Part shown: positions 30,874-41,271 of the stretch, in pieces
Numbering within the stretch: position 1 is the stretch's first letter
Layout: the number at the start of each line of letters is the position of its first letter
Source: a virus
Length of the DNA stretch: 64,000 nt
Strand: one strand, 5' to 3'
Virus record (IMG/VR): IMGVR_UViG_3300017917_002918
Coordinates: 32,001-96,000 of that record
The notes under the pieces: model-generated
The model's database searches: none
Told to the model about the DNA's origin: nothing
Seen by the model: only the letters and a program-made list of their open reading frames with translations
Program-made: the position numbers and the translations under genes

Positions 30874-31945
30874 GATATTCGTTTTTGTACATAGGTTTTA
30901 CTATGTTGAAAAGCTCTTCAATGGTTTCAGTTGTTTCAGTTGTTTCAGTTCCCGCACAGTAAGTACCTTTGATTTTACTTTCATATGATCTTGATTGATA
31001 GTAACTTAATTCGCACTCAATCTTCTCAAAATTGTAAAAATAAAACCATCTTCGCTTTTCAAATATTTCAACAACTTCATCTAATGTATATGGGACGTAT
31101 TCATCTTTACTTGCGTCATACGGTGAATAAGCAATATTACTCTCAAGTTTTTCAAATAATTCTGCATAATTTTCTACGCAATCTGTAGATACTACCTCTA
31201 TGAATCTATCACCCAAACCTTTAAGTTGAATAGTAGTCATATGTAATGTATCACTATAATCAGATTTGTGTTCTCTGGTGAAGTAGTGGTGTTTGCCCTT
31301 GTTCACGTTTTTACGAACACACTCAGTGGTAGTGTACGTGCGTCCTCGCCAATCTGTTCTGTTACAAGGTACATATTCATATTCATTCTTATAATAATCA
31401 AATCTACCCATATAAATCCATTCATCATTGTTTTTTGCTCTGTAAGTTGCTCCGATAATTAAATCCTTTGCTTTGATTGTGTTTCTTTCATGCAGGATTT
31501 CATTATATTTACTAATTGCTTGATAGTCTGGGGATTCCACTGGTACTAAAACTAAATCCTTATTGCTCCACGCATAGATGAAATCGCCTTCTAGACCCTT
31601 ACCTTTAGTTGATGTGGCATTTTCTAGAACATACAATAGATTCTCAATTGTAATTTCAAACTCAAATCCTCTGGGATCGTATACTCTTACATAAGCTTGC
31701 CTATGATTCCAGTCTGAAACATAATCACCAACTTTCTTGTTTAACACAAATCCTGAAGTTGGCACATTGTCAAACTCTTGAGGTTCGATCTTCTCATCCC
31801 TCCAACTTTCCCATGATTTCTCTTTACGTAACTTACCTTTTTCATCAAAGTATATTATGTATGCTAATTGCTTAGTGTATGTATCACTTCTGTTTTGGAA
31901 GCCTACTTTAATCTTCTTTGGCACAAAAATATTTGTATTCATCAT
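30839..31945 (-). CDS. Hypothetical phage protein
   Basis: Long ORF with RBS; no function recognised. Confidence 0.65.
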   Translation of the reverse strand: MMNTNIFVPKKIKVGFQNRSDTYTKQLAYIIYFDEKGKLRKEKSWESWRDEKIEPQEFDNVPTSGFVLNKKVGDYVSDWNHRQAYVRVYDPRGFEFEITIENLLYVLENATSTKGKGLEGDFIYAWSNKDLVLVPVESPDYQAISKYNEILHERNTIKAKDLIIGATYRAKNNDEWIYMGRFDYYKNEYEYVPCNRTDWRGRTYTTTECVRKNVNKGKHHYFTREHKSDYSDTLHMTTIQLKGLGDRFIEVVSTDCVENYAELFEKLESNIAYSPYDASKDEYVPYTLDEVVEIFEKRRWFYFYNFEKIECELSYYQSRSYESKIKGTYCAGTETTETTETIEELFNIVKPMYKNEYLANGKFYRRIH

Positions 31946-31961
31946 TAATCCTTTCTTAACT

Positions 31962-32801
31962 TTAATAATTTGTAATTAACACTTCTTGCTCACTCCCGCT
32001 CTTATCTTTCTTTTGGTAATTACAATTTTTATAATTATAATTTAATTTATGTACATTGTATTTCGATGACCAATCTATTAGCCATTCAGTCCGTAGTATA
32101 TTGGACATTGCAAACTTAATCCCACCACTATTTAATTTATCCAAAAACTCAAATAATTCTAAATCTGAATTTTTATTCCAACCACCATTTTCATTATATG
32201 AAGCAATTGTAGCTGAGTAAGGTGGATCTGCGTACACAAAATCATCTTTCTTAATTATGCTAATTGGAAGTGTTACAAAGTCTTTTGATATGAATTTTAT
32301 ATTTTTCTTATTAATATGGTTTACAAAAGTAACAAATTTTTGTTCTAATGTAGCATTAAAACTACTTCTATTTTTTCCAAAAGGCATATTAAATTGTCCC
32401 TGTTTATTGAATCTTATTTGATTATTAAATCCATAACAGATTAAAGTGTAAAGTATATCCCAGTTTTTATTTCCATTATTATAAGCTTCTCTTAATTTTA
32501 GATATCCTTCTTGATTTTCTTTTGATAACGAATATTCATTAATTAAACTATGTATCATATTTGTCATTTCTAAACTACTATATATCTTACAGGCATTCAA
32601 AAATTCAATTAACTGTGGCATAATATCATTTGCTATGATTCTATTAGCATTTACATTTATTGATACATTACATCCACCACAAAATAAATCATAAAATGTA
32701 TCTATGTTTTCTGGGAACAGTGGTATTATTTGTGGAAGCAATTTATACTTGCCACCTGTATAATTTAAACAGGATTTTATGTATTGATTATTGTTATTCA
32801 T
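31962..32801 (-). CDS. Dam-like (D12 class) DNA adenine methyltransferase
   Basis: NYTGGK, DLFCGG, RFN...FNMPFG, YADPPY. Confidence 0.9.
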   Translation of the reverse strand: MNNNNQYIKSCLNYTGGKYKLLPQIIPLFPENIDTFYDLFCGGCNVSINVNANRIIANDIMPQLIEFLNACKIYSSLEMTNMIHSLINEYSLSKENQEGYLKLREAYNNGNKNWDILYTLICYGFNNQIRFNKQGQFNMPFGKNRSSFNATLEQKFVTFVNHINKKNIKFISKDFVTLPISIIKKDDFVYADPPYSATIASYNENGGWNKNSDLELFEFLDKLNSGGIKFAMSNILRTEWLIDWSSKYNVHKLNYNYKNCNYQKKDKSGSEQEVLITNY

Positions 32802-32809
32802 TTACCCAC

Positions 32810-33151
32810 CTACCTTTTCATATTTACATTACCACCTGCATCAACTCCACCTTCAACCTTACCACAATGGACATTTCCACCAGCGTCTACATTTTTATAC
32901 ACATCGCCACAGTGTACATTGCCACCAGCTTCAACATCACCTTTAACATTTCCATTAATAGTAGCATTTCCACCTGTTGACAATGATGCTAAATCACCTT
33001 CAAATTTAATTTCCACTATTCCATTATACTTATCTCCAACTTGAGTACCACCAACATATATTGAATTGTTATTTATCACAATATTAGACGAACCGTTAGT
33101 TTCATATCGTACATGATTTATATATATTGCACACATATTAATTACCTCCAA
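32810..33151 (-). CDS. Beta-helix-like repeat protein
   Basis: Repeated V(E/D)AGGNV(HCG) units. Confidence 0.55.
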   Translation of the reverse strand: MEVINMCAIYINHVRYETNGSSNIVINNNSIYVGGTQVGDKYNGIVEIKFEGDLASLSTGGNATINGNVKGDVEAGGNVHCGDVYKNVDAGGNVHCGKVEGGVDAGGNVNMKR

Positions 33152-33167
33152 TTTTATATTTTAATTA

Positions 33168-33488
33168 TTAATCATTGATTCGTGTACATTTAAAATCAAA
33201 CATCTTACTCTTCCTATAATAGTCTACCTCATAGCAATCCAGATCGGCTAACTCTAGCAACCTAATCACATCATCACACATGGTGAAACTGAGATATGGC
33301 ATTTTAACGATTACAACGCCCGAACCATATCTCTCACTTGTCCAACCAATATTAGCTTTCTCTTTCTTGATGTTGTCATATACTTCTTTGATTTTAACCT
33401 TATGTAGCTCTTTCTTGTCTTCTGACAGATTTTTAATCCGTTGATGTGACTCTAATAATTTAATTAATCTTGAAAATATATAATTCAC
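33168..33488 (-). CDS. Hypothetical protein
   Basis: ORF with RBS. Confidence 0.5.
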   Translation of the reverse strand: MNYIFSRLIKLLESHQRIKNLSEDKKELHKVKIKEVYDNIKKEKANIGWTSERYGSGVVIVKMPYLSFTMCDDVIRLLELADLDCYEVDYYRKSKMFDFKCTRIND

Positions 33489-33562
33489 ACCTCTCTAATT
33501 TAAATTTGTCACTCCCCTAAAAAAATAATAATATATTAATATTATCATAATTTAATTACTTG

Positions 33563-34102
33563 TCAATAGTCTTTCGTTAAACTCCAATCTTCAACTAATC
33601 TCTTTGGTAACTTACTTTGCTTAACTACAACATTTGGTTCAGCATACATAATTTCACGTTCACCTGTAGTTTCATTGATCATCATTAACCATGTAGCCGA
33701 TAGTCCTTCTGGCATATATAATCCATTTGGATCTGCTTGAGGGATTGTTACATTTCCTCCACCACTTTGACCATATTCTAGAATTTGTTGTGGATTTGTA
33801 TATTGAACACTATAAGGCAATCCATACCCAAAACATTTACCTAAATATATAAACTTACCATTCATTGCCTGTGTGTAAGCAAAACAAACTAATTTACTAT
33901 TATCTCTTAACTCGAATATTTCTTTAGCCATTTTCTTTTCATAAAATTCTTTTATATTTGGCATACCTATTTGATTATTCATTTGATTCAATGCTTGTTT
34001 TGTCTGTTGCGTTTGCTTCTCTTCTGCGGTTGGTTTGTACTCTCCACAACCTACAAACAACAATGATAATACTAAGCTTAGTGCAATAATATATTTTTTC
34101 AT
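33563..34102 (-). CDS. Lipoprotein
   Basis: Signal peptide with lipobox FVGC. Confidence 0.75.
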   Translation of the reverse strand: MKKYIIALSLVLSLLFVGCGEYKPTAEEKQTQQTKQALNQMNNQIGMPNIKEFYEKKMAKEIFELRDNSKLVCFAYTQAMNGKFIYLGKCFGYGLPYSVQYTNPQQILEYGQSGGGNVTIPQADPNGLYMPEGLSATWLMMINETTGEREIMYAEPNVVVKQSKLPKRLVEDWSLTKDY

Positions 34103-34103
34103 A

Positions 34104-34442
34104 TTAATATCCTCCTCTCATTCTTCTTAGAAATTCCTTTAGTGACTCATCTTTTAGTGTCTCAATGTCAAAATCAGCATATTTACTCCTAATTAAATTA
34201 GCTATTGCCATTCTTGCTGTTTCATCTTTTTCTTTTTCCATTTCAAATCTATACTTTGCTAAATCACTTGCCATTCCTTCAATATAAGTTTTATTCTCTT
34301 TAAAGATTTCTCTTTCAACATTAGCTCTTTCAACGCCAAAATATTTGTAGAATTGTAAATCTACCAAACCTAGTCCTGCTGATAAAGCAATTACTAACAC
34401 AAATGCTAAAATTGACAATCCAATACCTTTTAAAATATTCAT
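34104..34442 (-). CDS. Membrane-anchored protein paired with lipoprotein
   Basis: N-terminal TM helix; RBS GGAGG supports ATG 34442. Confidence 0.6.
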   Translation of the reverse strand: MNILKGIGLSILAFVLVIALSAGLGLVDLQFYKYFGVERANVEREIFKENKTYIEGMASDLAKYRFEMEKEKDETARMAIANLIRSKYADFDIETLKDESLKEFLRRMRGGY

Positions 34443-34795
34443 TTTATCTCCTCCGACTTGATTAATTTGTTTATATTTTTTCCACACTTCAAAACAAAAT
34501 CTTCGCTCATATCGACTTGATAATCCATTTTAGTTACAACTTCATCATTAATTCTAATTGCATTTTGCATTATCATTCTTCTTGCGGATGATTTTGATGG
34601 ACATATTTCTTCCCTTAATAACAATTCAATTATATTCATAGTGTTTGTATTACCATCCTTTCTCTTATCAGTTAGTTTCCACAATCCATATTTATAATGG
34701 AATATTTTATTTTCAGTCTCTATCCTCAATTCAGAACACAAAGCTACAATTAGCATTACAATTGATCCTATTGCCAGATATGTCATATTAATCAC
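34439..34795 (-). CDS. S4 RNA-binding domain protein (TyrRS C-terminal-like)
   Basis: IIELL...SKSSARRMIMQNAIRINDEVV...LKCGK. Confidence 0.7.
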   Translation of the reverse strand: MINMTYLAIGSIVMLIVALCSELRIETENKIFHYKYGLWKLTDKRKDGNTNTMNIIELLLREEICPSKSSARRMIMQNAIRINDEVVTKMDYQVDMSEDFVLKCGKNINKLIKSEEIK

Positions 34796-34820
34796 CCGAA
34801 CCTTTCTTCCCTTTTAATTA

Positions 34821-35090
34821 TTATTGCACTACGTACCAATCTTCCGCAAGGATACTATCGGTAGATGGAGTATAAGGACTAACTTTGCCATCAACATTCC
34901 TAATTGCAAAATATGCATTGTACTTAACCATATCTCCAAATTCCTTTTTTGCTACTTCTGTCCTAGCGGGATAAGAATTTTCAGGTACATAATACACAAA
35001 TACGTCTTCCCTCCATTGTTTGCGAGATACTTTGAATCCTTGTTTCATAGCTACAACTGCCTCTCCAAATGTTTCAATACAAGGTATCAT
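34821..35090 (-). CDS. DUF2829 / Tad2-like protein
   Basis: FGEA...KQG-KV-RKQW...PS-DSILAEDW signature. Confidence 0.75.
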   Translation of the reverse strand: MIPCIETFGEAVVAMKQGFKVSRKQWREDVFVYYVPENSYPARTEVAKKEFGDMVKYNAYFAIRNVDGKVSPYTPSTDSILAEDWYVVQ

Positions 35091-35106
35091 TTCTTCATTT
35101 CTCCTT

Positions 35107-35508
35107 TTAATTTAATTTAACTATATATCTAATCAGAGAATTATTCTCTGCTAACCTAATTAAGTGTTCCAAAATATAATCTTTACTATCATAGAACGCT
35201 ACCAATACAGCAACATCATCGTCTTGTATTACATACTCAACCATTTTTTCATTCCTGATATATCCTGCTCTGGACTTGTGTTCTTCCCATTTAATAGGGA
35301 ATTTAGTAGTCCATATACCAAATTCTCTCCCTAAATCCCAAGCCATGTAGTCTATAGTATATGAACCACCTGTAACAAACTCTAAATTGAACTGTGTGAT
35401 GTTGTGATTACTCTTTTTCAACTCTTTCATAATATCCAATACAGTTTTCCTGAAAAAAGAGTAATCACTAAAGTTTCTTGAACCTATAATTATAATTCTC
35501 ATACTCAA
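35107..35508 (-). CDS. DUF2493/YspA-like SLOG protein
   Basis: IIIGSRNFSDY...W..H..RAGYIRNEKM...VAFYD. Confidence 0.7.
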   Translation of the reverse strand: MSMRIIIIGSRNFSDYSFFRKTVLDIMKELKKSNHNITQFNLEFVTGGSYTIDYMAWDLGREFGIWTTKFPIKWEEHKSRAGYIRNEKMVEYVIQDDDVAVLVAFYDSKDYILEHLIRLAENNSLIRYIVKLN

Positions 35509-35710
35509 TCACCACTTCGTCTTCATAATAGGCTTAAACACATTATTGCTAACCAAACTACCTAATACATTGCTTTTCATTTTTGACTTATTGCTACTAA
35601 GGCTCATATCATAATCATAAATACAATGACTACATGTTTGAACAACTTTTCTATTCATTGTATTAGAAGGCTCAAACTCAACATTACCACATGACATGCA
35701 GAACACTGTA

Positions 35711-36025
35711 TCATACATAATTTACCCTACCTTTCTCTAGTTCCTCTTTTGCCTTGTAGAGTATACGTTGTGAGTTTCGCAATATATCGCTATCTGTTTC
35801 ACTCATGAATTGCCATTTATCACGAACGTTCATAACTAAGAATACTGCCTCTAAGGCTTCAACTAACTCTTCGTTTTGTGTCTTTAGTCTGTCAATTTCC
35901 ATTCCAGTGTTCATTGCTATAGAATTACTCAAATCAGACAAGCACTTGTTTCTTTGCTCTAGTTGTTTAATCCTTTGCAATAAATCGAACACATCATGCA
36001 TACCATTATCGCTCATAACATCCAC
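35711..36025 (-). CDS. Hypothetical coiled-coil protein
   Basis: ORF in operon. Confidence 0.5.
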   Translation of the reverse strand: MDVMSDNGMHDVFDLLQRIKQLEQRNKCLSDLSNSIAMNTGMEIDRLKTQNEELVEALEAVFLVMNVRDKWQFMSETDSDILRNSQRILYKAKEELEKGRVNYV

Positions 36026-36036
36026 CTCACTATGTA

Positions 36037-36417
36037 TTATTTTATTTTTTTGAAATCTGTTACCTCTATTGGTGCTTCCAATTCGGCTTTTGAATCTGAA
36101 AATACAACTCTTTTCTTTAACTTATCTTTCATATTCTTTAACTTTTGTCTATCAACTAACTTACCGATTAATCCCTTTTTGTGCTTTGATAAATTGGTAC
36201 TAAGTTCCTTAAAGTATACTTCTACAGCAGCTAATGGAGCTGACAATGCTTCTCTTTCTGCGTACAGTCTCTTATAATCTTCAAATGCAACTTCCTTGTC
36301 TTGATTATTTAGTAGGTCGAAATTCTTGTCGATTAGATTTAATTGATTGTCTAGTTTTACAATCTTCTCGATACTTTCCTCTACCATTTTAACTGCATTT
36401 AGCACATCATTTCTCAT
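36037..36417 (-). CDS. Hypothetical protein
   Basis: ORF with RBS. Confidence 0.55.
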   Translation of the reverse strand: MRNDVLNAVKMVEESIEKIVKLDNQLNLIDKNFDLLNNQDKEVAFEDYKRLYAEREALSAPLAAVEVYFKELSTNLSKHKKGLIGKLVDRQKLKNMKDKLKKRVVFSDSKAELEAPIEVTDFKKIK

Positions 36418-36450
36418 AAAAAGTCCCCCTTTAATTTTTATATTATTGTT

Positions 36451-37224
36451 TTATTGTTTCTTGGCATTCATTATTTCTTTATACCCTTTGCTTATTGTGC
36501 TAATTATATAATTTCTAGTTTTTTCACTTGCCCAATCAGGTCTTTGTCCATACCTTGACACATAGCAGGTTAAATCAACTCCCGATAAACCTAGTGATTT
36601 ACCTTTGTTGTAGTATCTAACCAATTCTGGCATTTGATAGGTTGCATTATATGTCACATCATATAGCTTATTTTTATCGGCATTAGGATGTGAAAATGTA
36701 TTAACCTGAAATATACCTCTTGAGTCTTCTTTTGCTGTTAGAGTTCTGCATTTTGGATTAAATGAAGATTCATACTTTGCGATAGGATACCACACCGTTT
36801 CAGGAAGTCCTTCTTTATCTCCAACTTCTTTCAAAGCATCAAACACCCATTGTGGACATGTTAATTTAGTATAATCATAACCTCTTGCTTCCGAACCCCT
36901 ATTAACCAATACTACAACTGGTTTAGACGTTGTACCTATTGGACTAACTAAATTTGATAAGTTTGATGTAGGTGATGGAGCAGGATTTGATACTACTGAC
37001 ATCATAATATTCGTAGGTGTATTTATTGTTTTTGGAACTTCAGAAGCCTTAACCTTATCATCATAATCTGGTAGCAAACCTGCCAATGTAACTCCTGCAA
37101 TCATAGCTGGTACAATAAACTTAAATGAAACACTATTGCTTGGTTTGACGGGTTTACCATTTGCACGTTCTATCTTAATCATTTTCGTCACATCCTCTCT
37201 AATTAAATTCAATTTGTTTAACAT
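36451..37224 (-). CDS. Lytic transglycosylase (SLT-like), membrane-anchored
   Basis: IAKYESSFNP, GIFQVN, TM segment and Ser/Pro linker. Confidence 0.8.
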   Translation of the reverse strand: MLNKLNLIREDVTKMIKIERANGKPVKPSNSVSFKFIVPAMIAGVTLAGLLPDYDDKVKASEVPKTINTPTNIMMSVVSNPAPSPTSNLSNLVSPIGTTSKPVVVLVNRGSEARGYDYTKLTCPQWVFDALKEVGDKEGLPETVWYPIAKYESSFNPKCRTLTAKEDSRGIFQVNTFSHPNADKNKLYDVTYNATYQMPELVRYYNKGKSLGLSGVDLTCYVSRYGQRPDWASEKTRNYIISTISKGYKEIMNAKKQ

Positions 37225-37717
37225 CCGATTTGTTGTTCACAATAGCTTCATATCTACGTTGAAAATCTCTTAATGACAAAATTAAATCTTTTTGGTTCAT
37301 GTGAGCCATACCCGTTACCAAATCATCTGCTGTCAATGTTTCAAATTTATATGTATTGAAGTAGTCAGCAACACTTTTGTTACCCTTATATCTAACATAA
37401 GCAAGGTATATATTACCCTCAGACTTTATAAGTGCTTTGTTATATGCTTCAAAAATCTGTTTAAGTGAATCCTCTGTGATTTGCTTCTTGTCTATTAATG
37501 CCAATGCAACATTTTTGTCCAAACCTACTTCATCAGCTTTAGCTTCTATTATTCTTTGTGCAACTGAGCATTCATCGCCTATGGACATTCCAGCTTTGAT
37601 TTGAGTTAATCCTTTGTCACCATAGGTTTCTTGGTAAGAGAATTTGGCTGACAACACAATAAATGCTACTGCTATAATTGTTACAACTGCGATTGATAAT
37701 TTTTTCATAATTAACAC
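37199..37717 (-). CDS. Secreted/membrane protein, possibly degenerate SLT-like
   Basis: Signal/TM segment; adjacent to SLT gene. Confidence 0.5.
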   Translation of the reverse strand: MLIMKKLSIAVVTIIAVAFIVLSAKFSYQETYGDKGLTQIKAGMSIGDECSVAQRIIEAKADEVGLDKNVALALIDKKQITEDSLKQIFEAYNKALIKSEGNIYLAYVRYKGNKSVADYFNTYKFETLTADDLVTGMAHMNQKDLILSLRDFQRRYEAIVNNKSDVKQIEFN

Positions 37718-38259
37718 CCCTTTTTATAATTTAATTTAGTTATATTGGTTATATTGTTACTTATGTATTATTTTGTTTTGTTCTTATCTTCCTCATAACA
37801 CTTAGGTGAACATACCCTAGGATTTATAGGTTGTCCTTTACACCAACAATTCCAACCAGAACAGTGATACTCAGCTTCCCATGTGAATGAATTCTTACAC
37901 ACCTTACAATTAGTTATGCACTTTGTCATTGTCATAAACTTTTCACCCACTCTACTGTATAGTATATAATCGCTGCAATAAATACTAGTGTTAGTAAAAC
38001 TGAATTTACAGCTATACACCAGTATAAAATCATTAATATAGACTCCATGATTTACACCACCTTTTCACGAAGTATTGGAATTAATATATTCTTGCCCATA
38101 GTTCGTATGTAATGTGCTTCAGGATCTCTCTTGCTTATTGTATACATTATGCTTAATGCGTTTTTAACAAGTTCCTCTGGTGTTCGATTATAGTGCTCAC
38201 ACATTCCAAAAATCAGCCTTTCCTCATCTTCATTTAATTTGACATTAATCTCCATTAGC

Positions 38260-38619
38260 TCAATCATCATAATTATCCCTCCAATTCCTTTGAAAACTCT
38301 TACCTCTTCTTGATATTCCAAGTTCTGCGCTATATTGTCGTAACCTCATTGAATACTCTGGAAACATCTTTGTTTGTTCTTTACTCTCAAAAATATTAGT
38401 TATAAGACACCTTTCATCATCTACAACTACTCTCATATTACCTATTAAATAAACAGATTTTGTTGGACTAATATCTCTGTATAATCCGAGTTCATCACAG
38501 GTTTTTATATGTGCAGTCAATCTTCTTTTTGGTAATTCGCCAGTATGGTCGATCAATGCTCCATTATGCAATCTCTCATACTCCTTCAATGCTTTAAAGC
38601 TAATTTTAAATGGTTGCAT
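38260..38619 (-). CDS. Hypothetical protein
   Basis: ORF with RBS. Confidence 0.5.
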   Translation of the reverse strand: MQPFKISFKALKEYERLHNGALIDHTGELPKRRLTAHIKTCDELGLYRDISPTKSVYLIGNMRVVVDDERCLITNIFESKEQTKMFPEYSMRLRQYSAELGISRRGKSFQRNWRDNYDD

Positions 38620-38728
38620 AATTATCAGCTCCTTATTGGTTGATTTTTCATTACTGGATTTTTAAACAATAACCACAAAGTTACAACTACCACTATTACC
38701 TTTAAAACTAGAGCCTCACTCATCGTAA

Positions 38729-38926
38729 TCACCCCACCAATCTTTGTTCTTTGCACATATTGAGTGCTATTCCAAAAACCCTTATGAAATCTCGCATTGT
38801 CGGATTTGAATAATGATATGTAATATCTGCATTTGCACTTCTTAAAGCAAATTCATATTGTCCCTGTGTCATTTGACCAAATTCACTTTCCATTATTGAT
38901 TTTGAAATATTCCACTTTCTAATCAT
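38729..38926 (-). CDS. Hypothetical protein
   Basis: ORF with RBS GGAGG. Confidence 0.5.
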   Translation of the reverse strand: MIRKWNISKSIMESEFGQMTQGQYEFALRSANADITYHYSNPTMRDFIRVFGIALNMCKEQRLVG

Positions 38927-39236
38927 AAGCCACCTCCATAATCATAATTTAATTACAAATTCTTTTAAATTAATTGAAAACAATTCATACTATCCAATTA
39001 ACCCACTTTATAACTTGATTACTTTACATTGCTATAGTTTGCTAATTCTTCTGTCGATTTAAAAGAATATCTGAAGGGTCTTTTCACCCGAACATAGAAT
39101 TAAATCTATTTAAAGAGTTTTCTTAACTCCATAATTTAATTATACAGCATAGGAAATATATTGTCAATACTATTATCATAATTTAACTATATAAAATAAA
39201 AATAGGGAGAATAATTCTCCCTATACCTTACCATGA

Positions 39237-41234
39237 TTAAAATAAATCAATTCCGACAAACTCCATGAATTCAATTTCATTCATGATTTGTACACCATGC
39301 TTCTGTGCATCTTGACTCTTTTTACTACCCGAACCCTTATCATTTGATACCAATATGTTTGTTTTAGCTGATACAGATCCAGTATTCTTCGCTCCAAGTG
39401 AAACGATTAATTCTTCAAGTTTCTTCCTTGGTTTATAATGAACAAAATCACCTGTGATACAAATAACCATACCTGATAAGTCCTTTAATCCTGTATTCTT
39501 GTTCTCTACAGGTTTCTTTATATTAACAATACCTGTCAATTCTATAAGGTCTTGAATGTATGTGTTAAAGTACCAGTTATATATGGAATCATGTGTCGTA
39601 GTACCAAAATCCTCTATAACAGTAAAGTCAAATCTATTAACTAAGGCACTCAAGAATTTGTCCATATCATGATTCAAATGTTTTGCAATTGCCTTAGATG
39701 CTGACCTACCGATTAATGGTATACTTTGCGAATAGATTACTCTATACATTTCAGTATCTTTAGCTTTTTCAATTGATTCAATTAATTTATTGTATGATTT
39801 AGTTCCAAATCCATCCATTTTAATGATTTGAGCCTTGTATTGTTCGAGTTTAAATATATCATTAAATTTCTTAATAAAGCCTTTCTCAACTAATTTTTCG
39901 AGTGTCTGTTCACTCAATCCATCTATGTTCATTGCATCCCTAGAAACAAAGTGTGATAATTTCTTTATAAATTTAGCTGAACAATTTTCATTTGTACAAA
40001 TTAATACTTTACTCGCATTGTCTTGTCTGATCTCTACCTCACCTTTACAAACAGGACACTCACAAGGAATAACAATGTTATTGCTTCTCGTACTATTTTC
40101 TACAACTTGAGGTATGATTTGATTTGCCTTAATTACACCAATTGAATCACCTATACCAAGCTCTAATTCTTCCATAATACTAATATTATGCAGACTTGCT
40201 CTAGACACAGTAGTACCATCTATTTCAACTGGCTCAAATATAGCAACTGGTGTGATATAATTCTTGCCACAACTCCACTCTATATCTAACAATTTGGTTT
40301 CGCTTACTTCATCCTCAAACTTATATGCTAGACTATCTAGTTTGTGATGTGAAGTTGCACCCAACGTCTCACTATACGACACTGATTCATAACTAATTAC
40401 TAGACCATCAATGGGTAATCCTCGTTGTTGAGCTATCCATTTCATATCTGCAATACATGTTTCAAGAACTGTTGAATTTGGATCTTTATTGTCTTTTTCA
40501 TACTCTTTATTATACTTCATATTATATATTGTCCAGAATCCTTGTGAGCCTAACCACTCTAATCTTTCTGACTTATAATCGGGTAGTTCCATTTCACATT
40601 CAAGCACACTGAACGCATAAAAGTATACATGTCTGTCAGCACAGTTTTTACTATTTAATTGTCTAACACTACCAGATGTAAGGTTTCTAGGATTTTTATA
40701 CTTTTCTTCGTCAGGCAACTTAGAATTAATCATTTCAAAATCATTGTAATGAATTACTGCTTCACCTGTTACAACAAGTCTACCTTGATATGGTATAGAT
40801 AATGGGATGTTTTTAAACGTCTTTACATTCTGTGTGATTTCTTCGCCAATTGTTCCTGAGCCTCGTGATGATCCTTCAATTAATTTCCCATTCTCATATA
40901 CAAGTTTTACAGTTAGTCCGTCAGCTTTAGTCATAACGAGCACATCTTTATCACCTATAAACATTGACAAAGCATCTATTGATTTTGTTTTGTCTAGACT
41001 CAAAAGTGGCACAGAATGTTCTATTTTGTTTAATTTACTTGTCACTTCGTAACCCACGGTAATTGTTGGGCTATTAGAGATTACATAACCTGTTTCTTTT
41101 TCAAGCTGTGATAGTTCGTCAAAAAGCTTGTCATAGTCGGAATCACTAACTGTCGGTTGTGCAAGGTTATAATACTCGTGACGATATTGATTCAATTCAT
41201 TTGCCAATTCATTAATTCTCTGTATTTTCTCCAT
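39237..41234 (-). CDS. ligA: NAD-dependent DNA ligase
   Basis: KADG adenylation motif, NPRN, DGLV, C4 Zn finger, HhH, C-terminal BRCT. Confidence 0.95.
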   Translation of the reverse strand: MEKIQRINELANELNQYRHEYYNLAQPTVSDSDYDKLFDELSQLEKETGYVISNSPTITVGYEVTSKLNKIEHSVPLLSLDKTKSIDALSMFIGDKDVLVMTKADGLTVKLVYENGKLIEGSSRGSGTIGEEITQNVKTFKNIPLSIPYQGRLVVTGEAVIHYNDFEMINSKLPDEEKYKNPRNLTSGSVRQLNSKNCADRHVYFYAFSVLECEMELPDYKSERLEWLGSQGFWTIYNMKYNKEYEKDNKDPNSTVLETCIADMKWIAQQRGLPIDGLVISYESVSYSETLGATSHHKLDSLAYKFEDEVSETKLLDIEWSCGKNYITPVAIFEPVEIDGTTVSRASLHNISIMEELELGIGDSIGVIKANQIIPQVVENSTRSNNIVIPCECPVCKGEVEIRQDNASKVLICTNENCSAKFIKKLSHFVSRDAMNIDGLSEQTLEKLVEKGFIKKFNDIFKLEQYKAQIIKMDGFGTKSYNKLIESIEKAKDTEMYRVIYSQSIPLIGRSASKAIAKHLNHDMDKFLSALVNRFDFTVIEDFGTTTHDSIYNWYFNTYIQDLIELTGIVNIKKPVENKNTGLKDLSGMVICITGDFVHYKPRKKLEELIVSLGAKNTGSVSAKTNILVSNDKGSGSKKSQDAQKHGVQIMNEIEFMEFVGIDLF

Positions 41235-41271
41235 TTTTAAATCTCCTTATTTTGATTATTATTTTATATTA

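Noticed and set aside
30925-30950. 9-bp tandem repeat encoding TETTETTET
   Set aside because: Short in-frame slippage in a hypothetical protein; no sign of function.
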